Below are positions 40,119 to 50,990 of a DNA stretch of 64,000 nt, one piece after another (the stretch's first letter is position 1; each line of letters opens with the position of its first letter). The stretch comes from an uncultured delta proteobacterium. GTDB taxonomy: Bacteria; Myxococcota_A; Polyangia; Polyangiales; B10-G4. The notes under the pieces were generated by a model. It did no database searches and was not told the DNA's origin. It saw only the letters and a list, made by a program, of their open reading frames with translations. A program made the translations under genes and the position numbers. The stretch is from contig CAVSGI010000021.1 of the NCBI GenBank assembly GCA_963727445.1, positions 608,001-672,000 of the forward strand, written 5' to 3'.

Positions 40119-41734
40119 CCCGTCTCGCGCTGGCTCTCGCCAGCCTCGTGCTCGCAGCTTGTGGCGGCGCCAGCAGCTCCGGCGCCCTCGCGGGTCGCGC
40201 GCCCACCATCACCGTCGAAGCGCCGGCTCCCGGCCTCGAACGCTACGCCACCGAGAGCACGCCGGAGCCGGTGGTGGGCGAGAGCGAGGCCGCCGCGGGC
40301 GTGGAGCGCGGGATCCGTCGCGCTGCCGAGGAAGCGGGGGTCGAGCTTCAGGGCGACGGGCGCCTGGCGCTCCTCGCCGCCTGGACCGCCGAGCATCTGG
40401 GCGAGGGGGGGACCCCTCCTCCGCACGAGGTGATGGAGTTCTTCTCGCAGCACCTCGGCCTGGTCGAGCCCACCCCACACCTGATCATCCTCGGGCAGCC
40501 CGATCCCGAGATGCTCGAAGCCGGCATCGCCGACAGCATCGGACAGCGCCTCGCGCGGCAGTCCTACACGCACTTCGGTGCCGCGGTGATCCCGCGCCAG
40601 GGCCTGACCCTCGCCATCGTCACCCTCTCGACTCGCTATCTGGAAATGGAGCCGATCTCGCGCGAGGTCAACGCCGGATCGACGGTGCGCCTCGAGGGTC
40701 GCTTGGTGGGTGCGCACAGCAATCCCTCCGTCGCGGTCACCGGGCCCGGTGGCGCGACCTCGCGGCAGACCGGAGGACAGGGGCCGCGCTTCGAGCTCCC
40801 GGTCGCCACGACCGAGAGCGGCGTCTATCGCGTCGAGCTTCTGGCCGAGGGCCCACGCGGCGACACGGTGATCGCCAACTTCCCACTCTACGCCGGCATG
40901 GAGGCGCCGACCTCCATCACCCTCGGTGGGGACCCGGAAGGCGAGAGCGGAGATCCCTCCGACGTGGCCGATGCGCTCTTCGCTCTGCTCAACGACGCGC
41001 GTCGGGGCGTGGGCGCCGAACCGCTCGAGCGCGACGAAGCTCTCGATCGCATCTCGCTCGCGCACAGCCAGGACATGATGGAGAACGAATTCGTCGCTCA
41101 CGAGTCGCCCACGACGGGCGGGGCACCCGATCGGGTGCATCGGGCGGGCCTGTCGAGCGGTCTCATCCTGGAGAACATCGGCCGGGGTTACAGCGCCACC
41201 GAGATTCACCGCGGGCTGATGGCCAGCCCCGGCCATCGTGCGAACATCCTGAACCCCGATGTCACCCACGGCGGGGTGGGCGTCGTGGTCGAAGAGGAGG
41301 GCGATCGACGTGCGTTCGTCGCGACCGAGGTCTTCATCCGGGCCAACCGCGAGGTCGATCTCAGCCGGGCTCCCGAGCAGCTCCTCGCGTTGATCAACGA
41401 CGCCCGCCGGCGCCGAGGTGCGGCGCCGGTCGAGCTCGATCCGAACCTGCAACGCGCGGCGCAACGCGGCGCCGAGCACTACTTCAGCGAGCCGGACCTG
41501 ACGCAGCAGGACGTGGTGGACGAAGCGAGCGCGAGCCTGAGGCGTTTCGCGATCGCCTTCTCGCGCGTCGGCGGGCTGATGGCGGTGGTGGATCAGATCG
41601 ACGAAGCGGGCAGCCTCGAGCCGACCTTCGACGCGGACCTTCGTTACGTCGGCATCGGTGTCGCCCAGGGAAGTCGTCCCGACGTCCCGAGCAACTCGCT
41701 CGCCGTCGTCATCATGCTCGCTTGGCCGCGATGA
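40115..41734 (+). CDS. CAP/SCP-domain lipoprotein
   Basis: Lipobox LAAC; LNDARR...AHSQDMM...ENIG...LMASPGHRANIL..THGGVG (CAP); a second, degenerate CAP domain (INDARRRRG...YVGIGV); ATGA-coupled to the kinase. Confidence 0.85.
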   Translation: MTRLALALASLVLAACGGASSSGALAGRAPTITVEAPAPGLERYATESTPEPVVGESEAAAGVERGIRRAAEEAGVELQGDGRLALLAAWTAEHLGEGGTPPPHEVMEFFSQHLGLVEPTPHLIILGQPDPEMLEAGIADSIGQRLARQSYTHFGAAVIPRQGLTLAIVTLSTRYLEMEPISREVNAGSTVRLEGRLVGAHSNPSVAVTGPGGATSRQTGGQGPRFELPVATTESGVYRVELLAEGPRGDTVIANFPLYAGMEAPTSITLGGDPEGESGDPSDVADALFALLNDARRGVGAEPLERDEALDRISLAHSQDMMENEFVAHESPTTGGAPDRVHRAGLSSGLILENIGRGYSATEIHRGLMASPGHRANILNPDVTHGGVGVVVEEEGDRRAFVATEVFIRANREVDLSRAPEQLLALINDARRRRGAAPVELDPNLQRAAQRGAEHYFSEPDLTQQDVVDEASASLRRFAIAFSRVGGLMAVVDQIDEAGSLEPTFDADLRYVGIGVAQGSRPDVPSNSLAVVIMLAWPR

Positions 41735-42775
41735 GAGCGGCCCTCGGCCTCGTCCTGCTGACGACGCTCCTGCGCCCGACGCCCGTCGACGCGTGCGCGC
41801 CCGTGTTCCCACAGGGCAAGCGGGTCTCCATCGACGCGGAGGAGGCGCTGATCGTCTGGGACCCGGAGGCAGGGGTCGAGCACTTCATCCGCCGCGCGAG
41901 CTTCCGCACCGACGCGGACGACTTCGGCTTCCTGGTGCCGACTCCGTCGGTCCCGGAGCTCTCCGAGGTGGACAACCACGTCTTCGATCGGCTGACGGCA
42001 TACCAGGAGCCCGAGGTCCGCTACACCCACGCGTGGGACCTGACCACCTGCTGCGCCGCCCCGCTGTCGATGATGCTGGCGCGCGAACCCCAGCCCCTCG
42101 CGGCCGCGGCGATGCCCGAAGCCGTTCAGGTCCTCGCACAGGCCAGGGTCGCCGGGCTCGACGCGACAGTCCTTCGCGCCTCCGACCCGGAGGAGCTCAG
42201 CGCCTGGCTCGGGGAGCACGGATACGAGGACCGCTCGGAGCTCGTGGCCTGGCTCGCTCCCTACGTGGCGGATGGCTATGCGATCACCGCCTTCCGCTTT
42301 CAAAAGTCCGACACCAGCTCCGAGAACATCGGGAGCCGTGCGGTGCGCATGACCTTCGAAACCGAGCGTCCCTTCTATCCCTATCGCGAGCCCACCGACT
42401 CCCCAGAGGAGCCCTACCGCGCGCTCTGGCTCGACATCGTCGCTCCCGCGCGCGCGAGCGGTCGTCTCCTCGCCGACGGCGAGTGGGCTCCGGAGACGCT
42501 CTTCGCCGCGCCCATCGACGATCCCGCGCGCCTACTGGGCGACGCGCGCAGCGACGTGAACGGACCTCTGTGGCTCACCACCATCATCGACCGCTCGGTC
42601 TCGCGTGCCGACGCCGATCTCGTCTTCGATGTCGCGCCGGGTGAGGAGCTTCGCCCACCGCCGCGCATCATCCGCGGCGAGGCCTACCTGATCCCGATTC
42701 CGATTCGAGCCCGCGCTCGTCGGAGGCGCGGGGCTCTGGTGGTGGCGACGTCGCAAGAAGCGCGCGTCGAGCTAG
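41731..42775 (+). CDS. DUF2330 domain protein (frameshift at GATTC 42702-42706; corrected stop at 42775)
   Basis: EEALIVWD..EHFIR..DFGFLVPTP, LSAWLGEHGY, PFYPYRE; the corrected tail [23 protein letters not shown] ends exactly at the convergent gene. Confidence 0.78.
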
Positions 42776-43185
42776 AACGCGAGGTTGCCCTTGTTCTTGT
42801 TCGCGTTGGCCGCTTCTTGGGAGCTGTCGACGTAAGCGTAGCCGCCCGAGACTGAGAAGGCAGGACCGTTGTCGGCGAGGACCGTGATGTCGACGGGACC
42901 GGTCTCGTCGCGCTCCGGCGTGACCACGAGCAGCGTCTCGGGGTTGATCACCGTGACCGATGTTGCTTTTCGGTTGCCGAAATACACGCGGTAGCCGATG
43001 TCCGGGCGGAAGTTCATGCCTTTGATCTGCACCGGCTGGTCGCCGATCATCCCGCCCTGACGGGGCTCGACGTCGAGGATGGCCATCTCGCCGCCCTCGT
43101 CGCCGCACGCTGCGACGAGCACCGAGGCGAAGAACGACGCCGCCACCAGAAGGATCGTGAACGTCACCCGCTTTTTCCCGCTCAT
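42772..43185 (-). CDS. IPT/TIG-domain lipoprotein
   Basis: Lipobox [13 protein letters not shown]...VQIKGMNF...VYFG...LLVVTP...GPVDITV. Confidence 0.8.
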   Translation of the reverse strand: MSGKKRVTFTILLVAASFFASVLVAACGDEGGEMAILDVEPRQGGMIGDQPVQIKGMNFRPDIGYRVYFGNRKATSVTVINPETLLVVTPERDETGPVDITVLADNGPAFSVSGGYAYVDSSQEAANANKNKGNLAF

Positions 43186-43328
43186 GGAATCGGACGATAA
43201 TCGTGGGCGTCTCACCGGGTCAAGCGAGACGATTCCCGCTGGATCGAGTGGGCCGGGGGGCTCGGGGATGCCTTGACACCCCAAGGTGGACGTCCACAAA
43301 CTGTCGAAGCCTTTATCGAAAGGGGCCC

Positions 43329-46154
43329 GTGGCCAAGCAGAACCTCCTCCTCGTGGATGCCGATCCACGTAGCCGGCGCGTGCTCGAGGTGAGCCTTCGC
43401 AAGGCCGGCTACAGCATCACCGCGGTTTCCGATGCGGAAACCGCGTTGGAGATGGTTCTGCTCTCTTCTCCGGACCTGATCCTCTCGGACACCCGCCTGC
43501 CGGGCATGGACGGTTTCGAGCTGGTGGAGATGCTCCGGGGCGACGACGAGTCCAAGGGGATCCCCTTCGTCTTCCTCTCCAGCGACATCTCCCTCGAGAG
43601 CAAGGTCCGAGGCCTCGAGCTGGGCGTCGAGTACCTGACCAAGCCCATCTACATCAAAGAGGTCATCACCCGCGTGAACCTCGAGCTCCAGCGCAAGCAG
43701 CGCGAGGGGATGGGGACCGGCGGGCGGCGCGGCGCGGCGACCCGCTTCACGGGATCCCTGTCCGACATGGGGCTGGTCGATCTGCTGCAGACCATCGACA
43801 TCAGCCGCAAGAGCGGCGTCCTGCACCTCTCCTCGGGGGAGCAGCACGGGGCGATCTACTTCTACGAAGGCCAGGTCCTCGACGCCGAGCTGGGGCACCT
43901 CACGGGGGAGGCGGCGGTCTACCGCTTCCTGGTGTGGAACGAGGGCCGCTTCGAGGTCGACTTCCGCTCCACCGTGGATCGGGAACGCACCGTCGAAACG
44001 GCGACCCAGGGCCTGCTGATGGAGGGGATGCGCCGCCTCGACGAGTGGGGCCGCCTCCTCGAGCAGCTGCCGCCGCTGTCGAGCATCTTCGAGGTCTCCG
44101 ACGAGGAGCTCGTCGAGCGCCTGGCCGAGATCCCAGACGAGATCAACGACATCCTCAAGCACTTCGACGGCCGGCGCTCGTTGATGAGCGTGGTGGACGC
44201 CGCGGGCGGGGACGACATCGAGACCCTGAACGCGATCTCGAAGCTCTACTTCGAGGGGCTGATCTTCGATACCGGGCGCACCGGCCCCGAGCTGCCGCCG
44301 CTGGCGGACGTGCCGGAGGGCCTGTCGGAGCCCCCGCCACCCTTCGACGACGTCGATACCGGGCTGATCTCGCAGCTGGACTCGGGCGTGGTGCCCGGCG
44401 ACGACGCGACGCCGCTGCCGGGCCCGCTGCCCACGGTGGAGCGTGAAAAGTCTAACGGCGAGCGCGACGAAGTGTCCGCCGATGTGCCGAAGCGTGCCGA
44501 GAACGACGCCACTTTGGCGGAAGGGGAGGAGAAAAAGGCCGAAGAAGAGGCCGGCACGGAGGCTGCACCAGCGGCGGGGGCCGATGCACCCGAAGCTGAA
44601 GAGTCGAAGGCCGATGACGCATCCGAGCCGGGGGATACCTCGTCGGAAGAGTCGGCCCCGGAATCGGCAGCGGCAGAAAGCGGCCAATCCGACGTAGACG
44701 AAGTGGAAAACGCGACTACGACGGACGACTCACAGGACGAGGAAGAAGACGAGATGGCGAGGAAGGGCAGGCGCAGGAAAAAGGCTCGCAAGGCGAAACA
44801 GCGGAGGCAGGAGACTGCAGCCGCAGCGCAGAGCGAGGAAAAGAGCTCCGCAGAGCAGAGCAACGTCATCCAGTTTCCGGCGAAGGGCCTCGCGGTCGCC
44901 GCCGGTCACGACGTGATGACGAGCGACGCCGCGGACGATCTCGATCGCGACGCCGAGACGAGTCACACCCGCGAGCGCGAGGACGAGACTCAGACGCGCG
45001 TCCGTGAGGACAAGGCCCAAGAGGACAAGGGCGAAGAGGCCGAGGCGAAGAAGGCCGACGCCGAGGACGAGGCCGAGGCGAAGAAGGCCGAAGAGGCCGA
45101 GGCGAAGAAGGCCGACGCCGAGGACGAGGCCGAGGCGAAGAAGGCCGAAGAGGCCGAGGCGAAGAAGGCTGAAGAGGCCGACGCCGACGAAGAGGCCGAG
45201 GCAAAGGCCGAAGAGCCCAAGAAGGCGAAGGCCGATGCGTCCGACGAGGACGAGGAGGACGCGTCGAAGGGCGAGTCCAAGAAGAATCGCCGTCGCCGGG
45301 GCAAGAAGAGCCGCACCACTTCGTCGCAGCAGATCCGCGCCATCACCTCGACGGGTGAGCATCGCGCCGTCGCCGAGGACTTCTTCAAGGCGGACGCCTA
45401 CGAGAACAACCTCGAAGAGGACGAGAGCTGGGACGATCTCAAGGAGACCGCCGAGCCGATGTCGGAGAGCACGCGCAAGTACATGCGCTTCTCCATCGGC
45501 ACCGTCGCCGTCGCGGCAGTACTGATCGGTGGCTTCATGTTCTATCAGAAGGTGCTGATGCCGACGCCCGCGCCCCTCGGTGCGGTGGCGCCGGAGCTTC
45601 CGACGATGCCCACCCCGGAGCCCACGGCCGTGGCCGCGGTCGAGCAGGAAGAGGTCGTGGCCGAGGAGGTCGCGCCGCCGGCCGCCGAGGAAGTCGCCGC
45701 CACCGAGGGCACGGAAGAGGAGGGCGTCGTTGCCGAGGAAGGCACCGAGGTCGCCGCTGAAGAGGGCACCGAGGTCGCCGCCGAAGAGGAGGTCGTCGCC
45801 GAGGCGCCCCCCGAGCCGACGGGCGACTACGCCACCCTGCTCGAAGAGGCCCGCCGTCTTCGCGGAAATCGTGCCGTGGAGGGCTTCCGTGCCGCCATCG
45901 CCGCCGATCCCAACGGCTCGGAGGCGCTCGCAGACCTGGCGTTCATCCTGCTCAACCGCGGCAACAATCGCGAGGCGGCCGAGCTCGCCGCACGCGCGAC
46001 CGCGGTGGATCCGACCAGCAGCAAGGGCTGGATCACCCTCGGAGCGGCGCGCCAGGGCCTCAGGGACGAGCCAGGTGCGCGCGAGGCGTACCAGGCCTGC
46101 GTCGAGACGGGCCAGGGCCGCTACGTGAACGACTGCCGCGCGATGCTGCGGTAG
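43329..46154 (+). CDS. Receiver + DUF4388 protein with very long charged linker, TM and periplasmic TPR domain
   Basis: [43 protein letters not shown]...[12 protein letters not shown] (DUF4388); [21 protein letters not shown]-like C-terminus. Confidence 0.85.
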   Translation: MAKQNLLLVDADPRSRRVLEVSLRKAGYSITAVSDAETALEMVLLSSPDLILSDTRLPGMDGFELVEMLRGDDESKGIPFVFLSSDISLESKVRGLELGVEYLTKPIYIKEVITRVNLELQRKQREGMGTGGRRGAATRFTGSLSDMGLVDLLQTIDISRKSGVLHLSSGEQHGAIYFYEGQVLDAELGHLTGEAAVYRFLVWNEGRFEVDFRSTVDRERTVETATQGLLMEGMRRLDEWGRLLEQLPPLSSIFEVSDEELVERLAEIPDEINDILKHFDGRRSLMSVVDAAGGDDIETLNAISKLYFEGLIFDTGRTGPELPPLADVPEGLSEPPPPFDDVDTGLISQLDSGVVPGDDATPLPGPLPTVEREKSNGERDEVSADVPKRAENDATLAEGEEKKAEEEAGTEAAPAAGADAPEAEESKADDASEPGDTSSEESAPESAAAESGQSDVDEVENATTTDDSQDEEEDEMARKGRRRKKARKAKQRRQETAAAAQSEEKSSAEQSNVIQFPAKGLAVAAGHDVMTSDAADDLDRDAETSHTREREDETQTRVREDKAQEDKGEEAEAKKADAEDEAEAKKAEEAEAKKADAEDEAEAKKAEEAEAKKAEEADADEEAEAKAEEPKKAKADASDEDEEDASKGESKKNRRRRGKKSRTTSSQQIRAITSTGEHRAVAEDFFKADAYENNLEEDESWDDLKETAEPMSESTRKYMRFSIGTVAVAAVLIGGFMFYQKVLMPTPAPLGAVAPELPTMPTPEPTAVAAVEQEEVVAEEVAPPAAEEVAATEGTEEEGVVAEEGTEVAAEEGTEVAAEEEVVAEAPPEPTGDYATLLEEARRLRGNRAVEGFRAAIAADPNGSEALADLAFILLNRGNNREAAELAARATAVDPTSSKGWITLGAARQGLRDEPGAREAYQACVETGQGRYVNDCRAMLR
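45033..45169 (+). repeat. 57-bp tandem repeat, about 2.4 copies ([19 protein letters not shown])
   Basis: Exact duplication 45033-45089 / 45090-45146 plus a partial third copy. Confidence 0.85.
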
Positions 46155-46181
46155 TTTCCCCAACCTGCTAGAACGCGCCGC

Positions 46182-46976
46182 ATGAAGATGCGGAACGGTC
46201 TGGTCGAATACACGGCCGACGAGGGCGTGGCGGTCGTCGAGCTGACGAATCCACCGGCCAACGCCTACAGCTACGAGATGATGCAGGACCTCGACGAGGC
46301 GGTGCTGAAGGCCCGCTTCGACGACGCGGTCCACGTCATCGTCCTGTCCGGAGCGGGCGACAAGTTCTTCTGCGCGGGCGCCGACATATCGATGCTCTCG
46401 TCGGTCACCACGCGCTTCAAATACAACTTCTGCCTCCACGCCAACGAGACGATGCTGCGCATCGAGAACACCAACAAGTTGGTGATCGCGGCGATGAAGG
46501 GGCACTGCGTCGGGGGCGGCCTGGAGATCGCCATGAGCGCCGACATTCGCGTCGCGGCGCGCGGCACCGGCAAGACGGGGCTGCCGGAGATCGCCCTCGG
46601 CGTGCTGCCGGGCACCGGCGGCACGCAGCGCCTCGCCCGACTCATCGGGCGCTCGCGGGCGATCGAGCTCATGACCGAGGGGCGCCTCCTCGACTACGAC
46701 GAGGCGGCGAGCTTCGGGCTGGTGAACCACGTCTGGGACGCGGAGAAGTTCGATGACGAGCTCCGCGCCTACGCGCGCGGGTTCTGCCCGCCGGGCAAGG
46801 CGAGCCTCTCCGCCGGCTTCATCAAGCGCGCCGTTCACGGCGGTATCGACGGGTCCATCTACGACGGCCTCGCCCTCGAGCGCGAGCTCCAGCAGCGTCT
46901 CTTCGAGAGCGCCGACGCCGCCGAAGGCCTGGCCGCCTACGTCGAGAAGCGAAAGCCCTCCTTCACAGGGAAGTGA
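46182..46976 (+). CDS. Enoyl-CoA hydratase/isomerase family protein
   Basis: FFCAGADI, GHCVGGGLEIA, GLPEIALGVLPGTGGTQRL, EKRKPSFTG. Confidence 0.92.
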   Translation: MKMRNGLVEYTADEGVAVVELTNPPANAYSYEMMQDLDEAVLKARFDDAVHVIVLSGAGDKFFCAGADISMLSSVTTRFKYNFCLHANETMLRIENTNKLVIAAMKGHCVGGGLEIAMSADIRVAARGTGKTGLPEIALGVLPGTGGTQRLARLIGRSRAIELMTEGRLLDYDEAASFGLVNHVWDAEKFDDELRAYARGFCPPGKASLSAGFIKRAVHGGIDGSIYDGLALERELQQRLFESADAAEGLAAYVEKRKPSFTGK

Positions 46977-46980
46977 TCAG

Positions 46981-48195
46981 ATGACCAAAGAAGCCGTCCT
47001 CATCGACGCCGTACGTTCCCCCATCGGAAAGCACCGCGGAGGCCTCGCGCGCGTCCGCCCCGACGACCTCGCTGCCCACGTCCTGGGCGCGCTCCTCGAT
47101 CGCAACGCGCCGGCGCGCGAGCACGTCGAAGAGATCGTGATGGGCGCGACCAACCAGGCGGGCGAGGACAACCGCAACATCGCGCGGATGTCGGCGCTCC
47201 TCGCCGGGCTGCCCTACGAGGTCACCGGCGTCACGCTGAACCGCCTCTGCGGCTCGGGCCTCGAGGCGGTGATCCAGGCGAGCCGCGCGATCCGCCTCGG
47301 CGACCAGGAGCTGGTGGTGGCGGGCGGCGTCGAGTCCATGAGCCGCGCTCCTTACGCCATGCCCAAGGCCGACGAGCCCTTCCCGCGCAGGCCGCCCCCC
47401 ATCTACGACACCAGCCTCGGTTGGCGTTTCCCCAACCCGAAGATGAAGGAGCGCTTTCCCCTCGTCTCGATGGGTGAGACGGCGGAGAACGTGGCGGAAA
47501 AGTACGGCGTGAGCCGTGAGGATCAGGACGCCTTCGCCCTCGAGAGCCATCAGAAAGCCGCCAGGGCGTGGGAGGCCGGTGTCTTCGACGACGAGGTGGT
47601 GGCGGTCACGGTGCCCCCGGCCCACAAGCGCGCCAGCGAGACGGTGGTGGAGCGGGACGAGTCGATCCGCGCCGACAGCACCCTCGAGGCCCTCGCCAAG
47701 CTTCGCCCCGTCTTCCGCGAGGGCGGAAGCGTCACCGCCGGCAACTCCTCGCCCCTCAACGACGGCGCCGCGGCGGTGCTCATGGCCTCGGACGAGTTCG
47801 CGAAGGCCCACGATCTGAGGCCCATCGCGCGGGTGCGCGCCAGCGCGGTGGCTGGCGTCGAGCCGAACATGATGGGCATCGGGCCGATCCCGGCGACGCA
47901 GAAAGCCCTCGCGAAGGCGAAGCTCACGGCGAAGGATCTCGATCTGGTCGAGCTCAACGAGGCCTTCGCCGCGCAGTCGCTCGCGTGTGTGCGCGAGCTC
48001 GGCCTCGATCCCACCAAGGTGAACGTGGGCGGCGGCGCCATCGCGCTCGGTCACCCCATCGGGTGCAGCGGCGCGCGCATCGTAGGCACGCTCCTTCACG
48101 CGATGAAGAAGCGGGATGCGACCCTGGGCCTGGCCACGCTCTGCATCGGCGTGGGGCAGGGACTCGCGGTGATCCTCGAGAGAGTCGACTCGTGA
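46981..48195 (+). CDS. Acetyl-CoA C-acyltransferase (thiolase, PcaF/PaaJ-like)
   Basis: NQAGEDNRNIAR, NRLCGSG, NEAFA, GHPIGCSG, LCIGVGQG. Confidence 0.92.
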   Translation: MTKEAVLIDAVRSPIGKHRGGLARVRPDDLAAHVLGALLDRNAPAREHVEEIVMGATNQAGEDNRNIARMSALLAGLPYEVTGVTLNRLCGSGLEAVIQASRAIRLGDQELVVAGGVESMSRAPYAMPKADEPFPRRPPPIYDTSLGWRFPNPKMKERFPLVSMGETAENVAEKYGVSREDQDAFALESHQKAARAWEAGVFDDEVVAVTVPPAHKRASETVVERDESIRADSTLEALAKLRPVFREGGSVTAGNSSPLNDGAAAVLMASDEFAKAHDLRPIARVRASAVAGVEPNMMGIGPIPATQKALAKAKLTAKDLDLVELNEAFAAQSLACVRELGLDPTKVNVGGGAIALGHPIGCSGARIVGTLLHAMKKRDATLGLATLCIGVGQGLAVILERVDS

Positions 48196-49226
48196 GCGAG
48201 ACGAAGCTGGTCACGGCGGTGATCGGCGCAGGCGGTTGGGGGCAGAACCACGTTCGTACCTTCGCCACCCTGGCGGGCGTCGAGCTTCGCTACGTCTGTG
48301 ACCGCAGCGATCAGGTCCTGTCCTCCATCCGCCAGCGTTTCCCGGCGGTGACGGCGTGCGGCGACCTGCCGCGGGTGCTGGCGGACGAGGAGGTCCAGGC
48401 TTTGGTGGTCGCCACCGACGCGCCCAACCACTTCCCGGTGGCCAAAGCCGCGCTCGGTGCCGGCAAGCACGTCTTCGTGGAAAAACCGCTCACGCTCTCT
48501 CCGCACGATTCGGACGCGTTGGTGAAGCTCGCCGAAGAGAAGGGGTTGGTCCTGATGGTCGACCATCTGCTCCTCTTCCATTCGGCCGTCCGCCGTTTGA
48601 AGCAGCTGGTGGACGCTGGAGAGCTCGGCCAGGTGCTCTACGTGACGGCGCAACGTCTGAACCTCGGCGTGGTCCGGCGCGACGAGAACGCCTGGTGGTC
48701 CCTCGCACCCCACGACATCTCGGTGATCAACTACCTCCTCGACGCCGAGCCGGTTTCGGTGAGCGCGACCGGGGGCGCGTTCCTTCAGGAGGAGAGGGGC
48801 GTCGAGGACGTGGTCTTCGCCTCCCTCGAGTATCCCGGGGGTCGCATGGCGCACGTTCACGTGAGCTGGCTGGACCCGCACAAGACGCGCCGGCTGGTCG
48901 TCGTGGGCGACAAGAAGATGGCCGTCTTCGACGACACCTCCGTGGACCAGAAGCTCACCCTCTACGACAAGGGTGTCGAGCCGCCGCCGAGCGCGGTCAG
49001 CTACGCCGATGCGATGCGCGTCCGCAAGGGAGACATCCTGATCCCCGCGCTCAGCCTTCAGGAGCCGCTCCGCACCGCCTGCCAGGCGTTCGTGGACGCC
49101 GTTCGACGCGGTCGGGCGGCGCTCTCCGACGGCGCATCCGGCGCCGGCGTGGTTCGCGTCCTCGAAGCGGGCTCGCGGTCCCTCGCCGAAGCCGGGCGGC
49201 GGGTCGAGATCGGAGCGGCACCTTGA
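48192..49226 (+). CDS. Gfo/Idh/MocA-family oxidoreductase (WbpB/WlbA-like)
   Basis: [32 protein letters not shown] overlaps the thiolase stop. Confidence 0.85.
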   Translation: MSETKLVTAVIGAGGWGQNHVRTFATLAGVELRYVCDRSDQVLSSIRQRFPAVTACGDLPRVLADEEVQALVVATDAPNHFPVAKAALGAGKHVFVEKPLTLSPHDSDALVKLAEEKGLVLMVDHLLLFHSAVRRLKQLVDAGELGQVLYVTAQRLNLGVVRRDENAWWSLAPHDISVINYLLDAEPVSVSATGGAFLQEERGVEDVVFASLEYPGGRMAHVHVSWLDPHKTRRLVVVGDKKMAVFDDTSVDQKLTLYDKGVEPPPSAVSYADAMRVRKGDILIPALSLQEPLRTACQAFVDAVRRGRAALSDGASGAGVVRVLEAGSRSLAEAGRRVEIGAAP

Positions 49227-49811
49227 GCGGGATCAGCCCGGACGCGTTCGTTCACGAGACCGCCGTCGTCGACGACGGCGTCACCATCGGCGCGAAGACC
49301 AAGGTGTGGCACTTCGTCCACGTCTCGAAGGGCGCGCGCATCGGCGAGCGCTGCGTCCTCGGGCAGAACGTCTACGTGGGCAACGACGTGCCCATCGGGG
49401 ACGGCGTTCGCGTTCAGAACAACGTCTCCATCTATACGGGTGTCACCGTGGAGGAGGACGCGTTCCTCGGGCCGAGCTGCGTCTTCACCAACGTCGTCAA
49501 TCCCCGGTCCTTCGTGGAGCGCAAGGACGAGTATCGGGGGACCGTCGTCGGCCGAGGCGCTAGCGTCGGAGCGAACGCGGTGATCGTCTGCGGCCACGAT
49601 CTGGGCGCCTACTCTTTCGTCGGGGCGGGCTCGGTGGTCACCAAGAACGTTCCTCCCTACGCGCTGGTCGTGGGCAATCCGGCGCGACAGAATCGGCTGG
49701 ATTTGTCGCTGCGGGGAGCGCCTCGGCTCCGGCGACGCGCCTGCGTGCGATAGCTGCGGCGCGACCTATCGCCTCGAGGGCGACCTTCTCTCGCCCGTGG
49801 AAAACGCATGA
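49223..49811 (+). CDS. wbpD: Hexapeptide-repeat N-acetyltransferase, WbpD/WlbB-like (frameshift at GAATC 49690-49694)
   Basis: [47 protein letters not shown]; the corrected tail [12 protein letters not shown]...CDSCG ends in an ATGA overlap with the next gene. Confidence 0.8.
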
Positions 49812-50938
49812 CCGTCACACCCATCCCCTTCCTCGATCTCGCCGCGCAGAACGGACCCCTCGAGGGCCGCATCCGCGAGGCGATGGACCGCGTCATCCGC
49901 TCGAACCACTTCATCAACGGCCCGGAGGTCTCCGCTTTCGAATCGGAGATCGCCGAAGCGCTCGGCGTGGCCCACGCGATGGGCGTCTCCAGTGGAACCG
50001 ACGCGCTGGTCGTCTCACTGATGGCGCTCGGCATCGGCGCCGGCGACGAGGTGATCACCAGCCCCTTCACCTTCTTCGCGACCGCGGGGAGCATCCATCG
50101 CCTCGGCGCGCGCCCGGTCTTCGTCGACATCGAGCGGGGCACCATGAACCTCGACCCGTCTCTCCTCGAGGCGGCCATCAACGAGCGCACCAAGGCGATC
50201 ATGCCGGTGCACCTCTTCGGTCAGCCCTGCGACATGACCCCCATCCGCGCCCTCGCTGCCGAGCGGAACATCCCGATCGTGGAGGACGCGGCGCAGGCCA
50301 TCGGCGCGACCCACCCCGACGGGCCGGTGGGCGGCCTCGGCGCGCTCGGCTGTTTCAGCTTCTTCCCCTCCAAGAATCTCGGCGCCTTCGGCGACGGCGG
50401 CCTCGTCACCACCGACGATGCGGAGCTCGCCGAGCGGGTCCGCGTCCTGCGCGCCCACGGGGCGAAGCCGAAGTACTTTCATCACCTCGTCGGCGGCAAC
50501 TTCCGCCTGGACGCCATTCAGGCCGCGGTCCTCAGGGTGAAGCTTCCGTATCTCGAGGCGTGGACCAACGCCCGCCGCGACAACGCCAACCGCTACGACG
50601 GCGCCTTCGCCGAGGAGGAGCTCCCGCCCGCACGCCTCACGACCCCGCCCCGCGTCTTCGAGGGGCACATCTACAACCAGTACGTGATCCGCACCGATCG
50701 CCGGGACGCCCTCGCAGCGCACCTCGACGGCCTAGGGATCGGCAACGTCATCTACTATCCGCGCGCCCTTCACCTGCAGGAGTGCTTCGCCGACCTCGGC
50801 TATCGCCCCGGAGACCTCCCGGTCTCGGAAGAGGCCACGGGTGAGGTGCTGGCCCTGCCCATCTACGCCGAGCTGGGTCCGGAGCAGCAGGCCCACGTCA
50901 TCCGGGAGGTCTCGGCCTTCCTTTCGAGCGTCGAATGA
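49808..50938 (+). CDS. DegT/DnrJ/EryC1/StrS sugar aminotransferase (WbpE/WlbC-like)
   Basis: SSGTDAL, PVHLFGQ, EDAAQAIG, SFFPSKNLGAFGDGG, GNFRLDAIQAA. Confidence 0.92.
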   Translation: MTVTPIPFLDLAAQNGPLEGRIREAMDRVIRSNHFINGPEVSAFESEIAEALGVAHAMGVSSGTDALVVSLMALGIGAGDEVITSPFTFFATAGSIHRLGARPVFVDIERGTMNLDPSLLEAAINERTKAIMPVHLFGQPCDMTPIRALAAERNIPIVEDAAQAIGATHPDGPVGGLGALGCFSFFPSKNLGAFGDGGLVTTDDAELAERVRVLRAHGAKPKYFHHLVGGNFRLDAIQAAVLRVKLPYLEAWTNARRDNANRYDGAFAEEELPPARLTTPPRVFEGHIYNQYVIRTDRRDALAAHLDGLGIGNVIYYPRALHLQECFADLGYRPGDLPVSEEATGEVLALPIYAELGPEQQAHVIREVSAFLSSVE

Positions 50939-50990
50939 CACTCAGGATCTTGCCCCCATCCCCCTGGGGCAGAATAATTGTCCTCCCCAG

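Noticed and set aside
45033..45169. Direct repeats as a possible CRISPR array
   Set aside because: In-frame coding tandem repeat with no unique spacers and no cas genes.
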